Below are positions 38,301-47,334 of a DNA stretch of 64,000 nucleotides, piece after piece. Numbering within the stretch: position 1 is the stretch's first letter; each line of letters opens with the position of its first letter. The position numbers were made by a program, and so were the translations under genes. The notes under the pieces are model-generated. The model searched no databases and was not told where the DNA came from. It was given only the letters and a program-made list of their open reading frames with translations. Source of the stretch: an uncultured Clostridia bacterium (lineage in GTDB: Bacteria; Bacillota; Clostridia; TANB77; CAG-508). The stretch covers positions 5,527 to 69,526 of the forward strand of contig CAUWIY010000010.1 in assembly GCA_963559065.1 (NCBI GenBank), read 5' to 3'.

Positions 38301-39166
38301 CAAAGGACATAATTGAAAAAGAAGCAAAAAAAGAAGAACAATCAGATTTAGAAAATATAATGCAAGAATTAGAAAATGCAAAAGACAATTTTACAGAAAA
38401 TGAATATGAAAGACTAAAAAGTAAAATTGAGTATGAGTATGAACATCAAATCGATATTAAGCTACCTACAAAAATATCAGTAACACAAATAAAACAAATA
38501 CAACAAGAAAAAAATAAACTAAAGTCGCAAAAAAATGATGCAAATTTAATAATTGATAATCAAAAATTGATAGATTGCAATGAACAAACAAACATTAAAG
38601 ATATAGATATAACTTTCGAAAAACCAAAATTTTTACAAACAGAAGAAAAAGAAATAAGTGCAGCAGAAAAAGGAACTTTAGTGCATTTATGCTTACAAAA
38701 ACTAGATATAAAAGAACGATATGATATAGATAAAATAAAATTATTGATAAATGAATTAGAAAATAATGAAATAATAACTTCAAATGAAGCAAAAACGATA
38801 AATCCTTATAAAATATTAGAATTTACAAAATCAAAGTTATGGGAAATGATGCAAAAATCTAAAGAAATTTATAGAGAAAAGCCTTTTTATATTAACATCC
38901 CAGCACAGGAAATTTATGAAGAAGAGACGGAACAAAATATACTTGTACAAGGAATAATTGATTTATATTTTATAAATGAGGATGATGATATAATTTTAGT
39001 TGATTATAAAACAGATTATGTAGAGAATAATCAAGAAAACAAGTTAATAGAAAAATACGAAAAACAGCTAGAAATTTATAAAAGAGCATTAGAACAAACA
39101 TATAACAAAAAAGTGAAAAAAATTTATATATATTCTGTTTATATGTCTAAAACCATTGAAATTTAG
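35315..39166 (+). CDS. addA: ATP-dependent helicase/nuclease subunit A (AddA)
   Basis: UvrD-type motifs (AAAGSGKTAVL, DEYQDSN, VGDVKQSIYRFR, KNFRSR, SIHKSKGLEFP, YVALTRAK). C-terminal RecB nuclease (GIIDLYF...VDYKTD). Confidence 0.9.
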   Translation: MPKWTEEQKQAIYEKGSNLLVAAAAGSGKTAVLVERIINKVMNENIDIDRLLVVTFTNAAAAEMRERVLDAIYKKLEEEPENEKLQKQLMLLNMASICTIDSFCLEIVKNNFYELENVSPNFRIADTPEIELLKQELLDELFEKKYEEENEDFVKLVSTYTNYRDDTPLKDLILKIYNYISSSPYPKEWLHEKIEMFNLKDKINRDFSETLWGKILLQDLKEELEDDITVLKGVQEDLSFDEELEPFRQIVESDVKQLQTLKSNLDNWDNAYQISQNIKFMTWSRKKVESEIKDEAKKIRDSVKDKFGKKVNKILISNSNQANQDIYDMYDILKKLENLILEFDNIFNTKKREKNIVDFTDIEHFALEILLKKDETGKIQKTEVAKRYTEKFEEIAIDEYQDSNLVQEYILSSISRGNNQFMVGDVKQSIYRFRQAMPKLFLDKYSKFWSVGTDVVCSKDKSEFVEEYEKIQEETKSDKNDRTKLDCPHCPGRKIQLYKNFRSRANVLDFTNFVFQDIMSEVLGEVEYNKNEYLNFGAEDYKCINQNFKTEIDIINTKAELQDDDNKNTIEDINSINGIDSIDGGASIDADDFEHLEEIELEAKYVANRIQELIKTNYQVYDRKSGEFRNIKYRDIAILLRSTKEKASIYEQELMNLEIPVFSDSTQEYLDSIEIQTIMSVLKIIDNPIQDIPLVTVMRSPIGGFTDNDLIEIRLVDKQDDFYHCLLKSKINTTDKLRMKITKFLDNLDNWREEQEYLALDELIWKIYTDTGYYHYVGLMPNGNIRQANLKMLFERAKGYETASFKGLYNFIQFIEKLKINSGDLGSAKIIGENDDVVRIMSIHKSKGLEFPIVFLVNSNKQCNEQETKLDSVLLHQDIGIGVKYIDYYAQIKYDTLTREAIKNKLKNENLSEEMRILYVALTRAKEKLIITGTSKDFENKLEKMEKQIEIYPKEKQKINPILIKKYKSFLDWILLVYLYEKEKANKLAEIKEINPKDIIEKEAKKEEQSDLENIMQELENAKDNFTENEYERLKSKIEYEYEHQIDIKLPTKISVTQIKQIQQEKNKLKSQKNDANLIIDNQKLIDCNEQTNIKDIDITFEKPKFLQTEEKEISAAEKGTLVHLCLQKLDIKERYDIDKIKLLINELENNEIITSNEAKTINPYKILEFTKSKLWEMMQKSKEIYREKPFYINIPAQEIYEEETEQNILVQGIIDLYFINEDDDIILVDYKTDYVENNQENKLIEKYEKQLEIYKRALEQTYNKKVKKIYIYSVYMSKTIEI
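36666..36780. mobile_element. Inverted-repeat-bounded GGGGACAG-box element inserted in frame within addA (MITE/RPE-like)
   Basis: Left end TGGGGACAGACGTAGTTT (36666-36683) and right end AAACTAGACTGTCCCCA (36764-36780) are inverted repeats with one indel. The enclosed codons (WSVGTDVV...DCPHCPG) have no counterpart in the Bacillus AddA sequence as I recall it. Confidence 0.6.
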
Positions 39167-39243
39167 ACAAAAATTTGATATAATATCAAAAAAATATGAG
39201 GAGGATGTGTTAGATTTTAAAGGAATCTAATATAAAAGAGAAT

Positions 39244-39714
39244 ATGGATAGAATGAAAACATTTTTAAAATATATACTTGCAATAGTGATATTTTTCTTC
39301 TTTTCTAATTTTTTAATTTATATGAATTTGGAAACAACATATCAAAATATAGGAAGAAAAGATACTTTAGAGCAAGTAACAATATATCAAGCACAAGCAA
39401 CAAAAGTAAATGGTAGAATAAAAGGAACTATTTATAATGATGTAAATCATAAAATTAATGATAGATATTTAAAAATAGACTTATATTCAGAAAATGGGAA
39501 TTTACTAGGAACAAAATATGTTGACTTGCTAGGAATAAGGGAAAATGAAACAAGAGAATTAGAATTGTATTTTAAAGTACAAGATGTAGATTATTATGAA
39601 ATGTCTTTTACAGAAGAAAAGGATGAACAAGGAGAACTTCCAGAAATGGTTAAAGATTTAACTAAAGAAGATATACTTTGGGGAACATTTTTGACATTTT
39701 TAATTTTCTGGTAA
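39244..39714 (+). CDS. Hypothetical membrane-anchored beta-sandwich protein (FxLYD-like)
   Basis: N- and C-terminal hydrophobic helices. Central GRIKGTIYNDVNHKINDRYLKIDLYSENGNLLG...ENETRELELYF resembles FxLYD-type domains. Confidence 0.5.
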   Translation: MDRMKTFLKYILAIVIFFFFSNFLIYMNLETTYQNIGRKDTLEQVTIYQAQATKVNGRIKGTIYNDVNHKINDRYLKIDLYSENGNLLGTKYVDLLGIRENETRELELYFKVQDVDYYEMSFTEEKDEQGELPEMVKDLTKEDILWGTFLTFLIFW

Positions 39715-39736
39715 TAAAAACTAAGGGTGAATAACA

Positions 39737-40690
39737 ATGAGTATATTAGAAAAATATGTCGAAACAGTCAAAAGAAAAACAGAAGGTTTCAGTGAAATAG
39801 AGAAAATACGATATGTATATTTGGATTTAGGAGAAAGATTTTCATTTGATTTAGACTTTTCATTCGGAAATGCTAAAGTTAAAAGAAAAATTTACGATAA
39901 ATGTGGTACAAGTCAAGAATTAGAAAAGAGCATGGAAGAAAACACTGCTATTTGTAAATCGATTTCTTATATATTTGAATATATTTTAAAACAATTAGGG
40001 ATAAATGCACATACAATAAAGGAAGAATTAGATTATAGAACATATCCACATATGTATAATGAAATAACAGCACAAGATGGAAAAAATTATACATTTGATT
40101 TGCAAGAAGACCTAAAAAATATAAAAGCTCATTTAAGAACAACATGTTTTGGGCTACCTACAGAAAAAGAGGATACGCCTCTTATTAACAGAGAAGAACT
40201 TTTGAAAATAGATGAAAAATTAGGTTATGTAACTAAAGAATTATTTTATACAAATGAATATTTAGAATTTATAAAGCTTAATATGTATATGTTTGAGGAT
40301 TTTGGAGAAAAGGTACAATTTGTTTTAGAAAATGTTGATTTTTATAATAATCCTGATATGGGTTATGCAGAAAGAAAATGGAGAATAGAGGAATTAATAG
40401 GACAATATTACAAAGATGGAGTATTGTTTACAAAAGATGAAAGTAGAAAAATACATTTAATAGATTGTTGTAAGAATAAAGAAGATAAAAAAGGATATGA
40501 ACTTTGTATAGCTGTTGATACAAAAAGAGGACCCGAACTTTACATGTTCTCGAAAGATATAAATAGCTTTAGTAAAATAACAATGGAGAAATTTGCACAA
40601 CATATAGAAAGTGGTTTAGTTCCATTAGAAGGAGTACCAGGATTAAAGCAATTTTTAAAAAGTCAAAAAGAAGGTAAAGAAGAAAAATAA
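39737..40690 (+). CDS. Hypothetical protein, possible transglutaminase-like cysteine peptidase fold
   Basis: Cys...His...Asp spacing in AICKSISYIFEYILKQLGINA...YPHMYNEITAQDGKNYTFDLQED resembles the transglutaminase-core pattern. Tentative. Confidence 0.5.
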   Translation: MSILEKYVETVKRKTEGFSEIEKIRYVYLDLGERFSFDLDFSFGNAKVKRKIYDKCGTSQELEKSMEENTAICKSISYIFEYILKQLGINAHTIKEELDYRTYPHMYNEITAQDGKNYTFDLQEDLKNIKAHLRTTCFGLPTEKEDTPLINREELLKIDEKLGYVTKELFYTNEYLEFIKLNMYMFEDFGEKVQFVLENVDFYNNPDMGYAERKWRIEELIGQYYKDGVLFTKDESRKIHLIDCCKNKEDKKGYELCIAVDTKRGPELYMFSKDINSFSKITMEKFAQHIESGLVPLEGVPGLKQFLKSQKEGKEEK

Positions 40691-40760
40691 CTGAAAATCA
40701 ACTAAAAAATATATGTTTATTAACATTAAGCTACATAGTAATTCAGAAAGGAATGGTAAA

Positions 40761-41486
40761 ATGTTAAATCAATTTTCAAGAACAGAATTATTGATTGGAA
40801 AAGAAGGAGTAGAAAAGTTACAAAATGCAAAGGTAGCTATATTTGGCATAGGAGGAGTAGGAACATTTGTAGTAGAAGGATTAGCAAGAGCAGGTGTAGG
40901 AAGTTTTGTTTTGGTAGATAATGATAAAATTTCTTTAACCAACTTAAATAGACAGTTAATAGCTGCAAGAAAGACAATTGGAAAATATAAAGTTGATGTA
41001 ATGAAAGAAAGAATATTAGAAATAAATCCAAATGCTAGAGTAGAAACATACAAAGAATTTTATATGCCTAATTCCAAACAAGAAATAATAGATAAAACAT
41101 TAGATTATGTAGTTGATAGTATAGATACTGTAACAGCAAAAATAGAATTAGTTATGAATTGTAATAAATTAGGAATTCCAATAATAAGCGCAATGGGAAC
41201 TGGAAATAAACTTGACCCAACTAGATTTGAAATTACAGATATTTATAAGACAAGTGTATGCCCTTTGGCAAAAGTTATGAGAAAAGAATTAAGAAAAAGA
41301 GGGATTGAAAAATTAAAAGTAATTTACTCTAAAGAAGAACCAATAAAACACAAAACAATGGAAAACAACATAGAAATTAGTCAAGAAGAAGCTCAAGCAA
41401 AAAGACAAGTACCAGGAAGTATATCATTTGTTCCATCAGTTGCAGGATTAATGATTTCAGGAGAAGTAATAAAAGACTTAATTTAA
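40761..41486 (+). CDS. tcdA: tRNA threonylcarbamoyladenosine dehydratase (TcdA/CsdL, ThiF family)
   Basis: FSRTELLIGKEGVEKLQNAKVAIFGIGGVGTFVVEGLARAGVGSFVLVDNDKISLTNLNRQ. Start moved to ATG 40761. Confidence 0.8.
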   Translation: MLNQFSRTELLIGKEGVEKLQNAKVAIFGIGGVGTFVVEGLARAGVGSFVLVDNDKISLTNLNRQLIAARKTIGKYKVDVMKERILEINPNARVETYKEFYMPNSKQEIIDKTLDYVVDSIDTVTAKIELVMNCNKLGIPIISAMGTGNKLDPTRFEITDIYKTSVCPLAKVMRKELRKRGIEKLKVIYSKEEPIKHKTMENNIEISQEEAQAKRQVPGSISFVPSVAGLMISGEVIKDLI

Positions 41487-41496
41487 AGGATTCAGC

Positions 41497-41560
41497 GGAT
41501 TCCGGGGTCGGGTTAAAAAATCATCAGTTAAGATGATTTTTTAACCCGACCCCGGAATCC
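41497..41560. repeat. Perfect 29-bp-stem palindrome (GGGGTCGGG element), possible terminator
   Basis: ggattccggggtcgggttaaaaaatcatc - agttaa - gatgattttttaacccgaccccggaatcc. Starts 11 nt after the tcdA stop. No T-run follows. Confidence 0.85.
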
Positions 41561-41612
41561 TCCACTTGAAATTTTGCTTAAAATATAGTATTATAATAAG
41601 GGTGTATTAAAA

Positions 41613-42587
41613 ATGAAAGGTGAGAACATATATATAGGAAATTGTTCAAAAAGAGGAATTTATCAATATAGATTAGAAAAGGGTAAATTGACAAAGAATT
41701 GTGACCAAAATGACTTTGAAAGATGTACATATTTATCAAATGAAAAAAAATATTTATATGGAGTAATTGAGAAAGAAGATGGATATGTAGTGTCTTACAA
41801 AAAAGAGGATGACAAATTAAATTTTGTGGATCAAAAGTCTTCTTCTGGTAAAGGTCCTTGTCATGTTGAAATAGATAGCAAGAATAATCTTATATATATA
41901 AGCAATTACCAAGATGGAAAGGTAACAATATTTAATAAAGAAAGTAATGGGGAAATAGGGGAAAAAATTTATTCAAAAGTAGAAAATAAAGAAAAATCAC
42001 ATGTACATTGTGTTAAAATGTTTATGAAAAAACGTTTTTTTCTTATGACAGATTTAGGTTCAGATTTAATAACTGCATATGAAATAAAAAATGAAAAAAT
42101 AGAAGAAGTCTCTAAGATAAGATTTAGAGAAGGTACAGAGCCAAGACACATAGCTGTAAGTAAAAATAAAATATATGTTGTGACAGAAAAAAGCTGTGAA
42201 TTATATGTTTTAGAGCTAAAAAATAAGAAACTATCAATAGTAGATAAAAAATCAATAATTCCGTCAGGAGTTATAAAAAAAGATAATTACACTGGATGTG
42301 CCATAAAAATAAGTAAAGATTTTAAATTTTTGTATGTTACAGTAAGAGGACATAATAGTATAAGTGTATTTGAAACTAAAAATTTAAAAATGATTCAAAA
42401 TATTTCGTGTGAAGGAGATACTCCAAGAGATTTAGAATTAAATAGAGCAGAAAGATATATATTAGTAGCAAATCAAGAATCAAACGATATTGCAGTATTC
42501 GAAAGAAATAAGAAAACAGGAAAAATAAAATTTGTCAATAAAGAAAGTGTTGAAAAACCAACTTGTATCGTAGCGAATAAGGAGTGA
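41613..42587 (+). CDS. Lactonase family protein (6-phosphogluconolactonase-like 7-bladed beta-propeller)
   Basis: GKGPCHVEID..LYISNYQDGKVTIF, HVHCV, DLGSDLI, GTEPRHIAV, GDTPRDLELN...LVANQESNDIAVFERNKKTGKI match the Lactonase (YbhE) repeats. Confidence 0.7.
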   Translation: MKGENIYIGNCSKRGIYQYRLEKGKLTKNCDQNDFERCTYLSNEKKYLYGVIEKEDGYVVSYKKEDDKLNFVDQKSSSGKGPCHVEIDSKNNLIYISNYQDGKVTIFNKESNGEIGEKIYSKVENKEKSHVHCVKMFMKKRFFLMTDLGSDLITAYEIKNEKIEEVSKIRFREGTEPRHIAVSKNKIYVVTEKSCELYVLELKNKKLSIVDKKSIIPSGVIKKDNYTGCAIKISKDFKFLYVTVRGHNSISVFETKNLKMIQNISCEGDTPRDLELNRAERYILVANQESNDIAVFERNKKTGKIKFVNKESVEKPTCIVANKE

Positions 42588-42591
42588 TAAA

Positions 42592-43767
42592 ATGAAAAAA
42601 GTATTATTTGTAGTACATACATTGCAAGTAGGAGGAGCAGAGAGGATATTACTAAATTTATTAAAATATATAAATAAAGAAGAATACGATATAACGGTCT
42701 TAGCTTTAGTTAATGATGGAATTTACGTAGAAAAATTAAAAAAATATGATAAAATAAAATATAGATATGTATTTGATAGTTTTTTTAGAAAAACAAGAAA
42801 AAATCCGAAGGCTAAATTTCATAAAACATGTAAAATGCTAATGAACTTTATATGGAAAATATATTTATTACTAATAAAATATTTCCCAAAAGCGTTATAT
42901 AAAAAATCCGTCAAGGAAAAATATGATGTTGAAATAGCATTTTTAGAGGGAAAAGTATCAAAATTTGTAGCAAATTCCACAAATGAGTGTTCAAAAAAAA
43001 TAGCATGGATACACACAGACATAAATAATGTGTATGGAATGAATATTTTTAAAAATATAAAAGATGAAATTAATTGCTATAAAAAATTTAATAAAATTGT
43101 ATGCGTATCAGACGAAGTGAAACAGAGATTTATGAATAAAACAGGAATAAATGAAAATTTATATGTTCAAATAAATCCGATATGTACAGAAGAGATTTTA
43201 GAAAAGTCAAAAGAACCAATAACAAAAGAATTAAATCATAATGGGCGTATAATCTCTTCTGTTGGAAGATTAGTGCCTGCTAAAGGGTATGACAGACTAT
43301 TAGAAGTGCATAATAGACTTATAAAAGAAGGTTTAGTGCATACAATTTGGATTATAGGTGAAGGTGCAGAAAGAGAAAAATTAGAAGAATATATAAAAAG
43401 TAATCATTTGGAGGACACTGTAAATTTAGTGGGATATACAAAAAATCCATATAAATATGTAAAAAATTCTGATATATTTGTATGCTCATCAAGAGTTGAA
43501 GGACTAAGTTCAGCGGTTTTGGAAGCAACTATATTAGAAAAAATTATAATATCTACAAATTGTCCAGGAACAAAAGAAATTCTGGGAGAAAATGGACAAG
43601 CAGCAATGATTGTAGAAAATGAAACAGAGGCATTATATAATGGATTAAAAGTATTATTAACAGAACCAAAACTTAGAGATAAATTTTCTAAAAATATTAA
43701 AGAGAGAAGTAAATTGTTTAATATAAATAATGTTATTGCACAAATAGAAAAAATTATAGAGGAATAG
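42592..43767 (+). CDS. Glycosyltransferase family 4 (GT-B)
   Basis: N-terminal GGAERIL, C-terminal SRVEGLSSAVLEA (E-x7-E). Confidence 0.8.
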   Translation: MKKVLFVVHTLQVGGAERILLNLLKYINKEEYDITVLALVNDGIYVEKLKKYDKIKYRYVFDSFFRKTRKNPKAKFHKTCKMLMNFIWKIYLLLIKYFPKALYKKSVKEKYDVEIAFLEGKVSKFVANSTNECSKKIAWIHTDINNVYGMNIFKNIKDEINCYKKFNKIVCVSDEVKQRFMNKTGINENLYVQINPICTEEILEKSKEPITKELNHNGRIISSVGRLVPAKGYDRLLEVHNRLIKEGLVHTIWIIGEGAEREKLEEYIKSNHLEDTVNLVGYTKNPYKYVKNSDIFVCSSRVEGLSSAVLEATILEKIIISTNCPGTKEILGENGQAAMIVENETEALYNGLKVLLTEPKLRDKFSKNIKERSKLFNINNVIAQIEKIIEE

Positions 43768-43770
43768 AGT

Positions 43771-44703
43771 ATGATTGATATAGGTATTAATTATATTACA
43801 GAAAAAAATGAAAATAAGTATGACCATATATATGAATTTTTAATTAAAAATAATTATATAAACACAATTAAATTTCCGGGAAAATATTGTGATTATGTCA
43901 CATTGGAGTATGCGTTTAATTTAATTAATAAATATAAATTTAAAATGGATATTCACGGACTTCCGAATATGGTTCCGGCAATATATAGTTCTGAATTTAT
44001 AAAAAATATAGAGTGGGAACAATTAATACAGAAAAATTTACCAATAAAAAGAATTAGCACTCATATGGGATTAGAAAATAAGGAAAAAATAGAAAGTTAT
44101 GGATTAAATGTTTTAGATGAAAGATTAAAGGAAAATATAAAAAATGTAAAGTGTAAATTTAAAAAACTTTTGAGATATGAAATAGAAGTTGGATTGGAAA
44201 ATATACCAGGAGGATTTGAATTTGACAAAAAAACAATAACACCAGAATTTATTAGTAAAAATTATGAGATGGCTGATTTTGGTGTATTTGATATTGCTCA
44301 CGCAAAAATATCAGCCAATCAATTAGGAATAACATATCATCAGTACTTAGAAAAAATAAAACATAAAAACAAAGTAAAGATTTTACATGTTGCAGGAAAT
44401 ATGGACAAGACAGGAAAATATAATAATAAACCAGATAAACATGTTTTAATTGATGAATCAGAAATTTCGGATATAATAGATACAATAAAACAATTTAAAA
44501 ACTTAGATTTAATTGTTTCTGAATATGCTTATAATTCATTATATAGCTATGAAAAGGAATTAATTATAGAAGCTATTACATTAAATAAAATTGTTAATAC
44601 AATGAATGTAGATGAAGTAAAAAATACAATGAAATACTTAAAGAAAAACATAAAATCAGACTCGTTAGATATAAAAAGTATTAGAAAGGATTATGTAGAA
44701 TGA
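43771..44703 (+). CDS. TIM-barrel protein of the xylose-isomerase-like clan, DUF692 (UPF0276/MbnB/TglH)-like
   Basis: Ordered motifs IHGLP, ISTHMGLEN, VGLENIPGG, FDIAHAKISANQLG, KILHVAGN, DKHVLIDESEI parallel the DUF692 metal-ligand pattern as I recall it. Confidence 0.5.
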   Translation: MIDIGINYITEKNENKYDHIYEFLIKNNYINTIKFPGKYCDYVTLEYAFNLINKYKFKMDIHGLPNMVPAIYSSEFIKNIEWEQLIQKNLPIKRISTHMGLENKEKIESYGLNVLDERLKENIKNVKCKFKKLLRYEIEVGLENIPGGFEFDKKTITPEFISKNYEMADFGVFDIAHAKISANQLGITYHQYLEKIKHKNKVKILHVAGNMDKTGKYNNKPDKHVLIDESEISDIIDTIKQFKNLDLIVSEYAYNSLYSYEKELIIEAITLNKIVNTMNVDEVKNTMKYLKKNIKSDSLDIKSIRKDYVE

Positions 44704-45422
44704 ATAAAGATATTACTCTAATAACTGGAGGAAGTGGAGGAATAGGAAGAAGTGTTGTTAGAAAATTCTTAGAAAATGGAGATATAGTGATTGTTTTAGA
44801 TATGAATGAAATAAAAGACGAAAAAATAATAGCAAATAGTAGATTTTCATTTATAAAAACAGATGTTACAAATATAGAAGATATATTAAAAGCGAAAGAA
44901 ATTATAAAAAAAGAATATGGATATATTGATAATTTGATAAGTATGGCTGGAGTGAATATGAAAAGTGAAATTGGTGGTATGAAAACAATAACATTAGAAG
45001 ATATAGATAAATCAATAAAACTTAATTTGAATTCACATATTTATTTATTGAAGATTTTCTTAGAATTACTAGAAAAGGGAAAAAATAAAACATTAACTAT
45101 GATATCATCAATAAATGCACTATCAAATCATGGATTACCAGCATATAGTGCTGCAAAATCTGGAATATATGGATTTATGAAGGCAATTACTCATGATATG
45201 GGAACTTTAGGAATAAGAGTTAATACAGTATCTTTAGGAACTGTACCACATAATAATGAAACTATAGAAAATAATGAGTACTTCCAAAATAAATTAGAAA
45301 GAATAGCGATGAAGCAATTTGCTAGACCAAGAGATGTTGCAGAAACATTATACTCATTAATTTACATAACAAAAGCGATTGTAGGACAAAATATAGTGTT
45401 GGATATGGGGCAAAGTATATAA
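44700..45422 (+). CDS. Short-chain dehydrogenase/reductase (SDR)
   Basis: ITGGSGGIGRS (TGxxxGxG), NAL, YSAAKSG (YxxxK). ATGA overlap with the upstream gene. Confidence 0.85.
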   Translation: MNKDITLITGGSGGIGRSVVRKFLENGDIVIVLDMNEIKDEKIIANSRFSFIKTDVTNIEDILKAKEIIKKEYGYIDNLISMAGVNMKSEIGGMKTITLEDIDKSIKLNLNSHIYLLKIFLELLEKGKNKTLTMISSINALSNHGLPAYSAAKSGIYGFMKAITHDMGTLGIRVNTVSLGTVPHNNETIENNEYFQNKLERIAMKQFARPRDVAETLYSLIYITKAIVGQNIVLDMGQSI

Positions 45423-45439
45423 AGAAAAGGTGAAATAAA

Positions 45440-46291
45440 ATGAACAAATTAATTAGCGTAGTAATTCCTGTCTATAATGCAGAAGATACTATAGAAAGAT
45501 GTATAAAATCGATTAAAGATGAAGAAATAGAAATAATAGTTGTAGTCGATGGGGCTACAGACAATACTTTAAACATATGTAGAAATTTACAAGAAAAGGA
45601 TGAACGAGTAATTATTATAGAGCAAGAAAATAAGGGGCAGTTAGAAGCAAGGGAAACGGGAATATTAAATGCACACGGACAATATATAATGTTTTTGGAT
45701 GCAGATGATTGTTTTGAGGAATGTAATATAAAAAGAATTAAGGAAATTATACAAAAATATGAAAAACCAGATTTAATAAGGTTTAGATATAGAAAATTAC
45801 CAGATAACTATGAACAATATAAATATTTTGAAAAAGATGAAACAGAAATATTGAAAGAAGAATTTAGAGAAAAAGTTTATCCGATTTTTTTAGATGGATA
45901 TATGTTAAATACATTATGGACAAATTGTGTAAAAAAAGAAGTAATAAAAAATATTAAAATAAGAACAAATAGAAATATAAAATATGGTGAAGATTTGTTA
46001 GTTAACTTAGAAATATTTTCGCATATTCAAAGAGTGGTTTTTGTAAATGATGTATTATATGATTACATATATAAAGAAAATAGTGTTACAACATCAAGAA
46101 ATGTGTCAAAATTGATGAATAATTTGAGGGATTGTATCAAAGTGTATTCGTTATTATATCAATATATTATAAAATGGGATATGGTTAGTGGCGCAAATTT
46201 ACAAAAAGTGAGTGATAGAATAACAAAAGAAACAGACTCAATAATAGAACTAATTTTAAAAACAGATACAAATATACATAATACAAATTAA
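45440..46291 (+). CDS. Glycosyltransferase family 2
   Basis: [20 protein letters not shown] and the FLDADD motif. Confidence 0.85.
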   Translation: MNKLISVVIPVYNAEDTIERCIKSIKDEEIEIIVVVDGATDNTLNICRNLQEKDERVIIIEQENKGQLEARETGILNAHGQYIMFLDADDCFEECNIKRIKEIIQKYEKPDLIRFRYRKLPDNYEQYKYFEKDETEILKEEFREKVYPIFLDGYMLNTLWTNCVKKEVIKNIKIRTNRNIKYGEDLLVNLEIFSHIQRVVFVNDVLYDYIYKENSVTTSRNVSKLMNNLRDCIKVYSLLYQYIIKWDMVSGANLQKVSDRITKETDSIIELILKTDTNIHNTN

Positions 46292-46371
46292 ATATTTTTA
46301 AAAAGACTACACAAAATAAAAAAAGTGTGCTACAATGTAAAAAGAAATTTAAAAAAATGGAGGAATTAACA

Positions 46372-47091
46372 ATGTCAGGACATAGCAAGTGGCATAATAT
46401 ACAAGCAAAAAAAGGAAAAGCAGATGCTGCAAGAGGAAAAATATTTACAAAATTAGGAAGAGAACTATTAATAGCAACAAAAGAAGGTGGAGCAGATCCA
46501 GCAGGAAATTCAAAATTAAAAGCAGTTATAGCAAAATGCAAGGCTGCAAATATGCCAAATGATACAATAAACAATGCAATAAAAAAAGCATCAACAAGTA
46601 ACGAAAATTATGAAGAAATAGTATATGAAGGATATGGACCAAATGGAGTAGCTGTAATAGTAGAAGCTTCAACAGACAATAAAAATAGAACAGCAGCAGA
46701 TGTAAGACATGTATTTGATAAAGCAGGAGGAAACTTAGGAACAACAGGATGTGTATCTTACATGTTTAACAAAAAAGGTGTAATAATAATAGAAAAAGCA
46801 TCAACAGAAATGTCAGAAGATGAAATAATGATGTTAGCTTTAGATGCAGGAGCAGAAGACTTTGTGGCAGAAGAAGAAATATACGAAATAACAACAGAAC
46901 CTTCAGATTTTGCACAAGTTAGTGAAAAATTAGAAGAAGCAGGACTAGAATTTTTAGAAGCAGAAGTACAAATGGTTCCAACAACAACAGTTCAATTAGA
47001 TGAAAAAGGCGTAGAAAAAATGGAAAGATTAATAGAAAGACTAGAAGAACTTGATGATGTTGCAAACATATATCACAACTGGGAAGAATAA
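46372..47091 (+). CDS. YebC/PmpR family DNA-binding transcriptional regulator
   Basis: [31 protein letters not shown]. Start moved to ATG 46372 (GGAGGAA SD). Confidence 0.9.
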   Translation: MSGHSKWHNIQAKKGKADAARGKIFTKLGRELLIATKEGGADPAGNSKLKAVIAKCKAANMPNDTINNAIKKASTSNENYEEIVYEGYGPNGVAVIVEASTDNKNRTAADVRHVFDKAGGNLGTTGCVSYMFNKKGVIIIEKASTEMSEDEIMMLALDAGAEDFVAEEEIYEITTEPSDFAQVSEKLEEAGLEFLEAEVQMVPTTTVQLDEKGVEKMERLIERLEELDDVANIYHNWEE

Positions 47092-47096
47092 TTTTG

Positions 47097-47128
47097 CCCC
47101 ACAGGACTATCCTTGTGGGACATTTTTT
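47097..47128 (+). terminator. Rho-independent terminator of yebC-like gene
   Basis: ccccacagga-cta-tccttgtggg (one bulge) followed by ATTTTTT. Confidence 0.7.
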
Positions 47129-47147
47129 ATTTCGAAAACTTTGAGAA

Positions 47148-47255
47148 TGATTTTGGGGTCGTGATTTTGGGGTCGGGTTCAAAAATCATCTTAAAATTAA
47201 TGATTTTGATGTCGTGGTTTTGAGAGAGGATTAAAATCTCGTCTTAAAATTAATA
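47148..47255. repeat. Degenerate GGGGTCGGG element (related to 41497-41560) with internal direct repeats
   Basis: tgattttggggtcg x2, ggggtcgggttcaaaaatcatc (compare ggggtcgggttaaaaaatcatc at 41504-41525), and tcttaaaattaat x2. Confidence 0.65.
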
Positions 47256-47334
47256 TATATATTTAAAAATTAAGTAATGGAATAATGTTTTGGATTTAAC
47301 ACGTTTTAAATTCCAAATGCTAAGGGAGAAATCT

